A stretch of DNA of 64,000 nt from Candidatus Fermentibacteraceae bacterium (GCA_041686025.1 JAWLEP010000013.1:758-64757); one strand, 5' to 3'. Numbered from the stretch's first letter, positions 1 through 9,645 are shown. Numbers and translations: made by a program. Notes: a model not told the origin generated them from the letters alone.

Positions 1-779
1 AGGCCTCTATAGTCCTCAGGCATGTAACTGCGGATCACGCCCATATTGAGTGTGAAGGTGACCGGATTGAAGGCGTCGTTCTCTACAAGCCACTTCTGCC
101 AGGAGAAGATGCCGGCGGGTTCGACCTCTTCCATAGTAAGGTATTTGGTCGCCGGGTCCCTGTCCTGGGTGTAGATGTTGGGAATGTAGTCGTCTAGGGA
201 TGATGTATCACTAACAGCAGCCCCCCACTGCTTGTTGTTCGCCTCGTCGTACACCTCGAAGAACCAGAGACAGGGGTGGTTGCTTGTGTTGCTAGCCAGA
301 TCACCCATTACTTTCGACAACGAGTACTCCTCATTGCTGTCGAACATGGTATCGGCCGATGCGTAGTTGATGATGTCTTCAAAATCAATGTCGGACTGCG
401 CGAAGCACTCATCGGACAGAAGGCCTTCGTCGGGGCTGTTGCGGAACCAATAACGATACTCGTCACCACCCCATTCACCTACGTAGCGCATTACATCTCC
501 GGCGCAGATTGAGTAGCGGATATAGACGCTGTCGCACAGTGAGAGGAAGTTATCGAATTTCCCGTCAGTGGACATTGCGCCGAAGTTGGTGGCGTCGAAG
601 TACCTCCATGTGAGAGTGGTCAGGAGGGGAAGCTTCATGTCATCATAGCCGATCTGCGGGCCGCGCATACGTACGACCATGGTGGGCAGTGTGTGGTCAG
701 GGAAGTCGTCGGCGGAGCCGGTTCGGGCTACGAGAGAGAGTGAAAGAAAAAAGGCGACGGCGGCCATTCGGCATCTCAT
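1..779 (-). CDS. Secreted hypothetical protein, partial (C-terminus beyond window edge). It lies in a low-GC (~50%) segment.
   Basis: Long minus-frame ORF runs off the 5' window edge and is therefore missing from the track. The start is the ATG complementary to ~777-779, followed by a hydrophobic signal-like N-terminus (MRCRMAAVAFFLSLSLVARTGSADD). AT-rich promoter-like DNA follows at 780-857. Confidence 0.5.
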   Translation of the reverse strand, partial: MRCRMAAVAFFLSLSLVARTGSADDFPDHTLPTMVVRMRGPQIGYDDMKLPLLTTLTWRYFDATNFGAMSTDGKFDNFLSLCDSVYIRYSICAGDVMRYVGEWGGDEYRYWFRNSPDEGLLSDECFAQSDIDFEDIINYASADTMFDSNEEYSLSKVMGDLASNTSNHPCLWFFEVYDEANNKQWGAAVSDTSSLDDYIPNIYTQDRDPATKYLTMEEVEPAGIFSWQKWLVENDAFNPVTFTLNMGVIRSYMPEDYRG

Positions 780-857
780 CAGGGCTCCGTTCCTGATCAA
801 CATGTATTTTGACTAAATCTACACTATATTCAGCTTAATATCCGCGACATGAAAATG

Positions 858-1238
858 TCAATGGATATCGGTCAATCTGCAGGAATAGGCATCAGTGTGA
901 TGCTGGCTTCTCTTCAGGCCATGAACCCCAGCGTTCTTCAGCTTCCGCAGCTGCCTCTCGGTCACAAGCCTGCGGGTCCAGTGATCGCAAAGGCTCTCAA
1001 TGTCGGCGATCAAATCACTGGGGAGTCCCAGCAGACTCAGCCACTGGCTGATACGCGCCCGTGTTACTCCCATTCTGTTGGCAAGTTCGGTCTGGTTCAG
1101 ACCTTCCGCCTCCAACTCGGCCTTGAGTTCCCTGGCGAAGATGATGGGGTTGCGGGATGTCCTTGCCGGCTCCGGAGGCAGATCTGGGCGTCTGGTCGTG
1201 AGGGTGAATGTCATGGTTGGCGTTGTTCGACTGGCCAC
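858..1238 (-). CDS. Small helix-turn-helix DNA-binding protein (ParB/XRE-like HTH).
   Basis: 126-aa ORF with the HTH-like segment LNQTELANRMGVTRARISQWLSLLGLP. It is co-oriented and nearly abutting the upstream TPR gene (stop 1271, start 1238). The overlapping plus ORF 849..1418 looks like antisense. Confidence 0.5.
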   Translation of the reverse strand: MASRTTPTMTFTLTTRRPDLPPEPARTSRNPIIFARELKAELEAEGLNQTELANRMGVTRARISQWLSLLGLPSDLIADIESLCDHWTRRLVTERQLRKLKNAGVHGLKRSQHHTDAYSCRLTDIH

Positions 1239-1270
1239 AAGGTTGGCGAGCCGACTGTTCGCCGACGAAG

Positions 1271-2290
1271 TCAGTCGATGAGGCCCATCTTCTTGAACTT
1301 TTCGTCGAAGGTCCGCAGCAGCTCGTTGTCGGGGTACCTGGCTATTGCTTCCTTGGTCAGCTTCGCGGCTTCCGGGAAGGAGCTTATCTGTATCTTCTCC
1401 CGGATTTTCTGGACGTAGGTGTCGGCCTCGCCGCCGGACTGAGTCGGTGTCTTCGAGGTCTTCTTCGGGGCCCGCTTGCCTCCTGTGGAACTCTCGATCT
1501 CCTCCAGGAGCTCGTCGAGGCCGGGAGCGTCGGGGTCCAGCTGGAACGCCTTTCTGGCGTAGGCGGTGGCCTTGCGGGGACTGCCATCGGCCAGGCCCTT
1601 CCGCGACAGGGCGATGGCCTTTCTGGCCTTGCGGGAAGACCTGTAGCGCTCGGTGAGCTCCAGGACCCTCTCGTCCTCGGGGGCCATGGCCCGTGCCTGC
1701 TTGAGTGCCTTTACCGCCCGGGAGTCGTCCCCGGATCTCATAGCTTCTGCCGTGGTGTCCAGCAGGGCCTGAAGCTGCTCGGTTGAAGCCATAGGACCTT
1801 CCTTTTCGGTGGTTTCGGCGGATTCGGCCGGCTCCTCCCCGGCCGGGGCCTTCTCCTTCTTCGCGGGGGCGGGTTTCTCCTCCCGGGCCTCGGGTACGGC
1901 CCTCAGACGCCTAGACCTCCTTCGGCCTGGCTTGGGCTTGGCCTTCTTTTCCGGCGGGGAAGGCTTCTTCCCGGCTGCGGTCTCTTCTCGGGGCTTGGAG
2001 GACCTGGAGGCTTTGGTGCTCTTATCTTCGGTGGCCTTGCGCTTCTTTCGGGAAGGGCTCTTCTTCGCTCCGGACTTCTTCTCGGGCTTCGGAGAAGGCT
2101 CGGCCTCTTTCCGCCGGGCGGCGGCTGACTCCCGCTCTATCTGCAGTATGGCCTCCGTGACCGCGTTGCTCTCGGGGTCAATGGCCAGCGCCTTCTGCAG
2201 AAGCTGCAGGGCCTCCCGCCTGTGACCTCCCCTGAGCTCGGCCTTGGCCCGGCGGACCAGGCTCGCGACCTCTCTGTCTCTTCCGACCAA
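1271..2290 (-). CDS. TPR-like repeat protein with a central lysine/alanine/proline-rich (histone H1-like) low-complexity region.
   Basis: 339-aa ORF. It has TPR-like helices (ALQLLQKALAIDPES...; AYARKAFQLDPDAPG) flanking a ~100-aa KKSGAKKSPSRKKRK...KPKPGRRRSRR basic tract. Confidence 0.6.
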   Translation of the reverse strand: MVGRDREVASLVRRAKAELRGGHRREALQLLQKALAIDPESNAVTEAILQIERESAAARRKEAEPSPKPEKKSGAKKSPSRKKRKATEDKSTKASRSSKPREETAAGKKPSPPEKKAKPKPGRRRSRRLRAVPEAREEKPAPAKKEKAPAGEEPAESAETTEKEGPMASTEQLQALLDTTAEAMRSGDDSRAVKALKQARAMAPEDERVLELTERYRSSRKARKAIALSRKGLADGSPRKATAYARKAFQLDPDAPGLDELLEEIESSTGGKRAPKKTSKTPTQSGGEADTYVQKIREKIQISSFPEAAKLTKEAIARYPDNELLRTFDEKFKKMGLID

Positions 2291-2594
2291 TGGGTCTCCC
2301 TGCGATGATTCGGATGGAATCAGAGCCTCTCGCAGCCGAAAGCGAACACGGCTGCGGTGAACATTCCCGCCGAAGCTATCTACTAAAGTCGATTCGGCTC
2401 TCGGTCAAGTCCTCCCGAGGACTCCTGGAGGCCCTTTACCTTGGAATTGACGCAGGATGGGGATGCCAACATCTTAGCCGGACGTGGAGTGATTTGAGGC
2501 GTATTGCAACCACGCGAAAAAAAGTGCTAAAAAGCCAATGCACGCCTCAGGCCGCCGACCGGCGGTTCCCGGAAAACCTGTGAGAGGTGCCCAA

Positions 2595-3755
2595 ATGCGT
2601 ACGTACTTTACCAGCGAATCCGTTTCCGAAGGGCATCCGGACAAGATCTGCGATCAGGTCTCGGATGCAATTCTCGACTCACACCTTGCTCACGACCCGG
2701 AGGCCCATGTAGCCTGCGAGACGCTGGTGACCACGAACTACGTAATACTCGCCGGCGAGGTCAAGAGCCACACCGAGGTGGACTACGAGAAGGTGGCCAG
2801 GCAGACCATCCGGGACATCGGCTACTGCATACCGGACCTGGGATTCCACTACAGCGAGAACACCGTAGACGTACGGATCCATGCCCAGTCGCCCGACATC
2901 GATCACGGGGTCTCGGGCAACCTGGGAGCAGGTGACCAGGGCCTGATGTTCGGTTACGCCTGCAACGAGACCGGAGCGCTGATGCCCTACCCCATACAGC
3001 TGGCCCACAGACTGCTGGAGCGGCTGTCGGGCCAGCGCCGATCGGGGGAGCTGGACTGGGCCAGGCCCGACGCCAAGAGCCAGGTAACGGTGGAGTACGA
3101 CAACGGCAGACCCGCGGGGATCGCCGAGGTGCTGATGTCGGTCCACCACGCTCCCGACGCCGACCAGGAGCAGATGTCCGAAGAGGTGCGAGAGAAGGTG
3201 ATAGAGCCGGTGCTGGAGAACTGCCGGCCTTCGCTGCCCTGGTCGGGCCGTCTGCTCTACAACCCCTCCGGGAGGTTCGCCATAGGCGGGCCCCACGGCG
3301 ACACAGGCCTCACCGGCCGCAAGGTCATCGTGGACACCTACGGGGGCTCGGGCCGGCACGGCGGAGGAGCTTTCTCCGGCAAGGACACCACCAAGGTGGA
3401 CCGCTCGGCGGCCTACATGGCCCGTCACATAGCCAAGAACCTGGTGGCCGCAGGGATCGCGGACCGCTGCGAGATACAGCTGGCGTACGCCATAGGCAAG
3501 CCCGACCCTGTATCCGTGCTGGTGGATACCTTCGGTACCGCCAGGGTGGATGACCTCGCCGAGGTGGAGCTGGCCGTGAGGGACATCTTCCCCCTCAAGC
3601 CCTACGAGATCATCGACTACCTCGGGCTGAGGAAGCCCATATTCAAGAGGACCGCGGCCTTCGGCCACTTCGGACGGGAGCCCGGGGATGACGGCGCATT
3701 CTCCTGGGAGCGGACCCACAGGGTCGAGGACATCCGCAAGAAGGTCCTGGGTTAG
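2595..3755 (+). CDS. metK: S-adenosylmethionine synthetase.
   Basis: Hallmark N-terminus MRTYFTSESVSEGHPDKICDQVSDAILD, plus GGGAFSGKD and DTYGG motifs. The track ORF 2538..3755 probably starts at the internal ATG ~2595. Confidence 0.95.
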   Translation: MRTYFTSESVSEGHPDKICDQVSDAILDSHLAHDPEAHVACETLVTTNYVILAGEVKSHTEVDYEKVARQTIRDIGYCIPDLGFHYSENTVDVRIHAQSPDIDHGVSGNLGAGDQGLMFGYACNETGALMPYPIQLAHRLLERLSGQRRSGELDWARPDAKSQVTVEYDNGRPAGIAEVLMSVHHAPDADQEQMSEEVREKVIEPVLENCRPSLPWSGRLLYNPSGRFAIGGPHGDTGLTGRKVIVDTYGGSGRHGGGAFSGKDTTKVDRSAAYMARHIAKNLVAAGIADRCEIQLAYAIGKPDPVSVLVDTFGTARVDDLAEVELAVRDIFPLKPYEIIDYLGLRKPIFKRTAAFGHFGREPGDDGAFSWERTHRVEDIRKKVLG

Positions 3756-3792
3756 GACGGGGGCGGTAACAGTCGGCCGCCTTTCCCCTCCC

Positions 3793-4917
3793 GTGTTCCT
3801 GCTGGCCCTGCCGCTTCTGGCGGCGGCGGCCGGGGCCAGCGGGCTGGACAGCCTGAACGCAAGGCTGGAGGAGACGCAGGCCAGCATAGAGGAGCTGGAG
3901 GAGAGAGAGGCCGGAGCCCGGGACCTCCTGCTGGCCATCCACGAGCATCTGACCACCGCCAGGGAGTACTACAACAGCCTGGCCGACAGAGAGGCGGGCC
4001 TTTCCGGGCTCCTCTCCCGGGCGGAGGATTCCTGCGCCCGGTACGATTCCCTGAGGTCGGATCTGGTGGAGGCGCTGGGCGGATACCTGCGCTTCCTCTA
4101 CTCCCACCGCCGCTACAGCAGGTCGGCCCTCCTCCTGGCCCCGGATGGCGTGAACAGGATGCTCCGGCGAAGGGCCTACCTGGACTTCCTGGCGCAGCGG
4201 GCCATGGAGAGGGTGGACAGGCTCACGGTGGCGGCGGACTCCCTGCACCGCTACCGCGACTCGCTGGAGGTCCTGCGGTCCAGCGTCCACGACCTGAGGC
4301 TGCAGATGGAGACGGTCCACGAGAGGATCTGCCGGCAGGAGGAGAGGCAGGCCCTCTACCGCCAGGAGCTCTCCGCGGAAATAGCGGCCGCAGAGGCCCG
4401 GGCCAGGGAGATGGAGGAGGAGAGGCGCAGGCGCTCTGCGCTGGTGGCCAGGCTGCAGGAGTCCAGCGAAGAGACGGAGACGGGTCCCATGTTGGAGCCC
4501 ACGGGTGACAGCTACTTCCAGCTCAACCGCGGCGGCATACAGTGGCCGTGCAGGGGAGAGGTGGTGAGGACCTTCGGCGTCAGGGCCGATCCGGTCTACG
4601 GAACCGAGACGGTGTCGGATGGCATACAGGTCTCCACCACACCCGGACAGACCGTCCGGCTTCCCGCGCCGGGGAGGGTGATGTACGCCGATGACTTCCT
4701 CAGCCTGGGCAGGATGGTGGTGGTGGACCACCGGGACGGCTACTACTCCGTATACGGTCACCTTGGCGAGCTGGACATCGAGGTGGACGTCGAGCTGGAG
4801 CAGGGGGGCAGTATCGGGACCTGCGGGACCCTTCCCTCGGGAAGGGCCGGGTACTACTTCGAAATAAGGAGGGGGGGAGACCCGGTGGACCCGCTGAACT
4901 ACCTTTCGGGAGAATGA
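3793..4917 (+). CDS. M23 family metallopeptidase with N-terminal coiled-coil (EnvC-like murein hydrolase activator).
   Basis: Signal-like N-terminus and long coiled-coil region. The C-terminal M23 domain reads MYADDFLSLGRMVVVDHRDGYYSVYGHLGELDIEVD...YYFEIRRGGDPVDP. The first in-frame start after the metK stop is GTG ~3793, so the track ORF start at 3688 is unlikely. Confidence 0.8.
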   Translation: MFLLALPLLAAAAGASGLDSLNARLEETQASIEELEEREAGARDLLLAIHEHLTTAREYYNSLADREAGLSGLLSRAEDSCARYDSLRSDLVEALGGYLRFLYSHRRYSRSALLLAPDGVNRMLRRRAYLDFLAQRAMERVDRLTVAADSLHRYRDSLEVLRSSVHDLRLQMETVHERICRQEERQALYRQELSAEIAAAEARAREMEEERRRRSALVARLQESSEETETGPMLEPTGDSYFQLNRGGIQWPCRGEVVRTFGVRADPVYGTETVSDGIQVSTTPGQTVRLPAPGRVMYADDFLSLGRMVVVDHRDGYYSVYGHLGELDIEVDVELEQGGSIGTCGTLPSGRAGYYFEIRRGGDPVDPLNYLSGE

Positions 4918-5981
4918 CGCTGCTTCGCGGCGTAAGGGGACAGCAGCAGGCCGAGAGGCTTCTGGGCTCTGCGCTGTCGGACGGCAGGCTCGCCCACGCC
5001 TACCTGTTCGCCGGCCCGGAGGGCACCGGAAAGCTCACCTCTGCGCTGGCCCTGGCCTCGGCTGTGATGTGCCGGGAGTCGGAGACCTGGTGCGGGGAAT
5101 GCCGGCACTGCAGACGCATAGCCGCCCTGGACCATCCCGACGTGAGGATCACCCTCCCCACCCTGAGGAGCACCACGCCGGAGGAGGTGGCCGAGCTCAT
5201 GCGGGCCCGGGTCCGGGACGGCATCACACCGCTGAGGGTCCCGGGCAGCTCCTATATCGGCATAGACCACATCCGCGAGCTGGAGGGAAGGCTGGCCAGG
5301 CCGGCCTTCGAATCCGGCTGGAGGGTGGAGATGGTGGTGGACGCCCACCGGATGACCGAGCAGGCGGCCAACGCCCTGCTGAAGAGTCTGGAGGAGCCGC
5401 CCGAAGATACCCTTATTGTCCTGTTGACCAGCGCGATACAGTGGCTGCTGCCCACCATACGGTCCCGGGCGCACCTGGTCCGGTTCGCCCGGGTGGAGCC
5501 TGCGGTGATCACCACGGAGCTCCTGCGGCGCTGCGAGATCGACAGGGAGGCGGCGGAGAGACTGGCGGCGGCATCTGACGGGAGCCCCGGCAGGGCCCTG
5601 GCGATGGCTGCGGAGGGCGAGGCGCCCTCCAGGTACGCCGCGGAGGTGCTGAGGCAGCTCCGGGAGGCGCAGTCGGAGACGGACCTGATCGGTCTGGCGG
5701 GAGCGGTGGCCAAGACCGAGGGCAGCGAGGGCGCCAGGGAGCTGCTTGCCGGGCTGAGGGCGCTTGTGCATGACATGCTGCGGGATGCGGCCGGATCGGA
5801 CCCCCTCTACCACCCGTCCTCCGATCTGCCCGGCTGGAGCATCCCATGCGGGGAGGCCGCCTCGGAGGCGGAGGCGGCGCTGGCCAGGGCGGAGACCAGG
5901 ATGGACCGTCACGTCCCTCCGGCCATGGCCCTGCTGCCCGCCCTGCTGACACTGAGGAAAGCGATGGAAGGGGATGGCTGA
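4914..5981 (+). CDS. holB: DNA polymerase III delta-prime subunit.
   Basis: AAA+ clamp-loader motifs: HAYLFAGPEGTGK (Walker A), ANALLKSLEEPP, TIRSRAH (sensor 2), and a Zn-module-like CGECRHC. The ATGA overlaps the upstream stop. Confidence 0.85.
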   Translation: MTLLRGVRGQQQAERLLGSALSDGRLAHAYLFAGPEGTGKLTSALALASAVMCRESETWCGECRHCRRIAALDHPDVRITLPTLRSTTPEEVAELMRARVRDGITPLRVPGSSYIGIDHIRELEGRLARPAFESGWRVEMVVDAHRMTEQAANALLKSLEEPPEDTLIVLLTSAIQWLLPTIRSRAHLVRFARVEPAVITTELLRRCEIDREAAERLAAASDGSPGRALAMAAEGEAPSRYAAEVLRQLREAQSETDLIGLAGAVAKTEGSEGARELLAGLRALVHDMLRDAAGSDPLYHPSSDLPGWSIPCGEAASEAEAALARAETRMDRHVPPAMALLPALLTLRKAMEGDG

Positions 5982-6864
5982 GATGTCCGGAGGCAGAGCC
6001 CCCTCCAAGGTCCTGGAGTACCTGGTGGTGGCCTTCAAGGCCAGGCGGCTGCAGGTGTTCCGCAACGAGGGACCGGTGCCGGTGAGCCTGGGCAGCGTGG
6101 TGGTGGTATCCGTGGACCGGGGGGTGGACATGGGCAGGGTGCTGGCCAAGCACATCTCCCAGGAGGACGTGCCCCGGGAGCCCGAGGGGAAGCTGCTTCG
6201 GGAGGCCACGGAGGAGGACCTGCAGCGCCACCGCTCCAACACCGAGTTCGAGAGCGAGGTGATGGACTACTGCGCCCAGCGGGTGAAGGCCAGGAACCTC
6301 CAGATGAGGCTCACCGAGTGCGAGATACAGCTGGATCGCAACCGGATCAGGGTCTTCTTCACCGCCGACAGGAGAACCGACTTCCGGGGCCTGGTCCGGG
6401 ACATGGCCGCCCGTTTCAAGGCCCGCATAGAGATGCGCCAGATAGGGGTCCGCGATCACGCCAAGAGGGTGGGCGGCATGGGGGTGTGCGGAAGGAGGCT
6501 CTGCTGCTCCAGCTTCATGAACGGCTTCAGCTCCATCACCCTGAAGTCGGTGAGGGCCCAGAACCTCACCCCCAACCCGGCCAAGGTGTCGGGTCTGTGC
6601 AGCCGCCTGATGTGCTGCCTCGACTACGAGATCGAGTTCTATCGCAAGGCGGCGAAGACCTTTCCCCGCATAGGGGGCAAGGTCACAGTGGACGGAAAGA
6701 GGGCCGTGGTGAAGTCGGTCAGTATATTCTCCGACAAGGTCAAGGTCGGCTTCGAGGACGGCGACGACGAGTACATGGACATCCGGGAGTTCCACAGCCG
6801 CCGGGGAGGCGGCGGGAGCGGCGGAGGCAGGAAGCGCCGCCGAAAGCGAAAACGCAGAAAGTGA
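5974..6864 (+). CDS. ricT: PSP1 C-terminal domain protein (YaaT/RicT-like).
   Basis: PSP1-type sequence with a cysteine cluster (GVCGRRLCCSSF...CSRLMCCLDYE). It sits in the conserved holB-yaaT position and overlaps the holB stop by 8 nt. Confidence 0.75.
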   Translation: MAEMSGGRAPSKVLEYLVVAFKARRLQVFRNEGPVPVSLGSVVVVSVDRGVDMGRVLAKHISQEDVPREPEGKLLREATEEDLQRHRSNTEFESEVMDYCAQRVKARNLQMRLTECEIQLDRNRIRVFFTADRRTDFRGLVRDMAARFKARIEMRQIGVRDHAKRVGGMGVCGRRLCCSSFMNGFSSITLKSVRAQNLTPNPAKVSGLCSRLMCCLDYEIEFYRKAAKTFPRIGGKVTVDGKRAVVKSVSIFSDKVKVGFEDGDDEYMDIREFHSRRGGGGSGGGRKRRRKRKRRK

Positions 6865-6883
6865 AGGACGGGAGACGGACACC

Positions 6884-8917
6884 ATGCCCCGATACCTGGT
6901 AACCAGCGCCCTTCCGTACGCCAACGGACCACTGCACCTGGGTCACCTGGCTGGCGCATACCTGCCGGCGGACATATACGTGAGGTACCTGCGCAGCTGC
7001 GGCGAGGACGTGCTCTACATGTGCGGCACCGACGAGCATGGTGTCCCCATAACCATCACCGCCGAGAAGATGGGGCTGTCCCCCCAGGAGGTGGTGGACC
7101 GCTTTCACGGGGTCATAGAGGAGGACTTCGGCAACTTCGGCATCTCCTTCGACAACTTCTCCCGCACCACGTACTCCGAGCACCACAGGTTCGCGCAGGG
7201 AGTGTTCCTGGACCTCCTGGACAAGGGCCTGATAGTGCCCAGGAGCATGGAGCAGCTGTACTGCGAGAGCTGCGGCCGATTTCTCCCTGACCGTTACATC
7301 GACGGCACCTGCCCCAGGTGCGGGTCGGAGGAGGCCAGGGGCGACCAGTGCGAGAGATGCGGCACCTGGCTGGAGCCGCTGGAGCTCACCGACCCCCGCT
7401 GCAGCGTGTGCGGCGCGGCTCCCGTGGTCCGGGAGACCAGGCACTGGTTCCTGAGGCTGGACAGCTTCCAGGAGTGGCTTCAGCAGTGGCTGGACGGCCG
7501 CCAGGGGTGGCGCGAGGGCGTTCTGAGCTACTGCCGGGGCTGGCTTAGGGACGGCCTCCGCGAGAGGGCCATCACCCGGGACATAGACTGGGGGGTCCCC
7601 GTGCCCCTGGAGGAGGCGGAGGGCAAGGTGCTCTACGTATGGTTCGAGGCGCTGCTGGGCTACATCAGCAGCACCCGGGAGTACTTCCGCCGCCGGGGTG
7701 AGCCGGAGGGCTGGAAGCGGTACTGGAAGGACGACGAGACCAGGCTGGTCCACTTCATCGGCAAGGACAACATCGTCTTCCACGCGGTGATAGAGCCCTC
7801 CGTTCTGCACGGCCTGGGGGACTACGTCCTGCCCTGGAACGTTCCCGCCAACGAGTTTCTGAACATCTCCGGCCGCAAGCAGTCCACCAGTCGCGGTACG
7901 GCGGTGTGGATGAGGAGCTACCTGGAGAGCCTTCCCGCGGACCCCATGCGGTACGCCCTGGCCATCAACGCCCCCGAGCACCGTGACACGGACTTCTCGT
8001 GGGACGAGTTCCTGGCCCGCAACAACGAGCTGGCCGACGTCCTGGGCAACTTCGCCAACCGGACGCTGAAGTTCGCCCAGAGGAGGTTCGACGGAAGGGT
8101 GCCCGACGCGGAGTACGGCCCGGAGGAGCAGGCCCTGCTGGAGGAGGCCAGGGCCGCCGGGGAAGAGATCGGCGGCCTCATCGGCCGCTTCCGGCTCAAG
8201 GAAGCGTGCAGGCAGGCCATGGCTCTGGCCCGGAAGGGCAACGTCTACTTCGACCGGGCCAAGCCCTGGAAGACGGCCAAGTCCGACCCGGAGCGCTGCG
8301 CCGCCTCCATCGGCTGCTGCCTGCAGCTTCTGGACTCTCTGCGGGTGCTGTTCGAGCCCTTCCTTCCGTTCACCGCGGAGAAGCTGGGCGAGATGCTGGA
8401 CAGCCGGGAGCTTGTGTGGAGCAGCATCGGCGGCAGGAACCTCCCCGCGGGCGCTGCGCTGGGCGAGCCGGAGATACTGTTCGAGAAGCTGGAGCCGGGA
8501 TTCGAGGCCGACATAGTGCGGAGAGAGCGCGAAGACGGCAGTGAAGGGGGAAGCGAAGACGTGGAATCCCAGGACAAGGCCGGGGACGGGAACCTGCTGG
8601 ACATAGACACCTTTATGAGCGTGGACCTTCGGGTGGGGCTGGTCCGGGAGGTGGAGGACCATCCCGGGGCGGACCGGCTGTACATCATGAAGGTTGATAC
8701 CGGTGATCGAGTGCGTCAGATTGTCGCGGGACTCAAGCCCTACATGCCCCCCGAGGAGCTGCTGGGCAGCAGGGTTGTGGTAGTCCGCAACCTCCAGCCG
8801 GCCAGGCTCCGCGGCGAGGTGAGCGAAGGAATGATACTTGCTTCCGATGATGGAGAAGGGGGCGTCCGACTGGTGCGGGCCTCCGACAGCGCGTCCCCCG
8901 GCGACAGGGTGCGGTAG
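6884..8917 (+). CDS. metG: Methionine--tRNA ligase with C-terminal tRNA-binding (EMAP/Trbp111-like) domain.
   Basis: Class I HIGH motif (PYANGPLHLGHLAG), KMSKS-like KQSTS, and Zn knuckles CPRCGSEEARGDQCERCG...CSVCG. The C-terminus has an OB-fold tRNA-binding domain (MSVDLRVGLV...VVVVRNLQPARLRG). Confidence 0.95.
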   Translation: MPRYLVTSALPYANGPLHLGHLAGAYLPADIYVRYLRSCGEDVLYMCGTDEHGVPITITAEKMGLSPQEVVDRFHGVIEEDFGNFGISFDNFSRTTYSEHHRFAQGVFLDLLDKGLIVPRSMEQLYCESCGRFLPDRYIDGTCPRCGSEEARGDQCERCGTWLEPLELTDPRCSVCGAAPVVRETRHWFLRLDSFQEWLQQWLDGRQGWREGVLSYCRGWLRDGLRERAITRDIDWGVPVPLEEAEGKVLYVWFEALLGYISSTREYFRRRGEPEGWKRYWKDDETRLVHFIGKDNIVFHAVIEPSVLHGLGDYVLPWNVPANEFLNISGRKQSTSRGTAVWMRSYLESLPADPMRYALAINAPEHRDTDFSWDEFLARNNELADVLGNFANRTLKFAQRRFDGRVPDAEYGPEEQALLEEARAAGEEIGGLIGRFRLKEACRQAMALARKGNVYFDRAKPWKTAKSDPERCAASIGCCLQLLDSLRVLFEPFLPFTAEKLGEMLDSRELVWSSIGGRNLPAGAALGEPEILFEKLEPGFEADIVRREREDGSEGGSEDVESQDKAGDGNLLDIDTFMSVDLRVGLVREVEDHPGADRLYIMKVDTGDRVRQIVAGLKPYMPPEELLGSRVVVVRNLQPARLRGEVSEGMILASDDGEGGVRLVRASDSASPGDRVR

Positions 8918-8955
8918 ACAACGCAGCGGAACGATTCGAAGGGAGTCTGCGGGAG

Positions 8956-9645
8956 TTGATTCACGGCTTCTACATGGGTGATCCGGGATTCCTGCTGGTG
9001 ATAGGCGCCATCCTTCTGGGCCTGGCGGCCCAGGGAATGGTGAGCAGGACCTACGGCAAGTACTCCAGGGTCAGGGCCGCCTCGGGCCTTTCGGGTGCGG
9101 AGGTGGCCCGGCGGATACTGGACGTCAACGGCCTCTCCCACATTCAGGTGACCAGGACCGGGGGGAAGCTGTCCGACCACTACGACCCCCGGGACGGTAC
9201 TCTGTACCTTTCTGAAGGAGTATACAGCGGACGCTCCGTGTCGGCGGCGGGAGTGGCGGCCCACGAGGCCGGCCACGCGGTGCAGCACGCCATGGGATAC
9301 CGTCCCTTCAAGCTGCGGAGCGCGCTGGTTCCGGCGGCCAACCTGGGGAGCCAGGCCCTGTTCCCGCTGATAATAGGCGGCTTTCTCTTCCAGATGACCC
9401 AGCTGTTCTACATCGGCGCCGCCCTCTACGCCGCCGCGCTCCTCTTCCACCTGGTCACCCTGCCGGTGGAGATCGACGCCAGCCGCAGGGCGGTGACGCA
9501 GCTGCAGGCCACCGGGTCCGTGACCACCAGTGACATCTCCGGCGTGAGAAAGGTCCTGGGAGCGGCGGCCATGACCTACGTGGCGGCGGCCCTGGTAGCC
9601 ATAGCCAACATGGCCAGGCTCCTACTTCTGGGGAGGCGCAGCTAG
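8956..9645 (+). CDS. Zinc metallopeptidase, YugP-like family (membrane associated).
   Basis: Contains HEAGHAVQH (HExxH) and membrane helices, with the YugP-like layout (KYSRVRAASGLSGAEVARRILD...). Confidence 0.7.
   Translation: MIHGFYMGDPGFLLVIGAILLGLAAQGMVSRTYGKYSRVRAASGLSGAEVARRILDVNGLSHIQVTRTGGKLSDHYDPRDGTLYLSEGVYSGRSVSAAGVAAHEAGHAVQHAMGYRPFKLRSALVPAANLGSQALFPLIIGGFLFQMTQLFYIGAALYAAALLFHLVTLPVEIDASRRAVTQLQATGSVTTSDISGVRKVLGAAAMTYVAAALVAIANMARLLLLGRRS

Noticed and set aside
849-1418. Plus-strand 189-aa ORF overlapping the minus-strand HTH gene.
   Set aside because: It is antisense to a more plausible HTH-containing ORF and to the TPR gene start. Its product is Gly/Leu/Arg-rich, typical of a GC-rich antisense frame, with no recognisable motifs.
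2393-2590. Canonical SAM-I riboswitch call for the metK leader.
   Set aside because: I could not align the conserved SAM-I core (CUCUUAUCAAGAG...GGAGGGACUGGCCC) by eye. The distance between the putative P1 strands (~190 nt) is too long. It is kept only as a low-confidence finding requiring Rfam.
6740-8662. 640-aa minus-strand ORF.
   Set aside because: It is antisense to metG, which has unequivocal class-I aaRS motifs. This is an artefact of long open frames in high-GC DNA.
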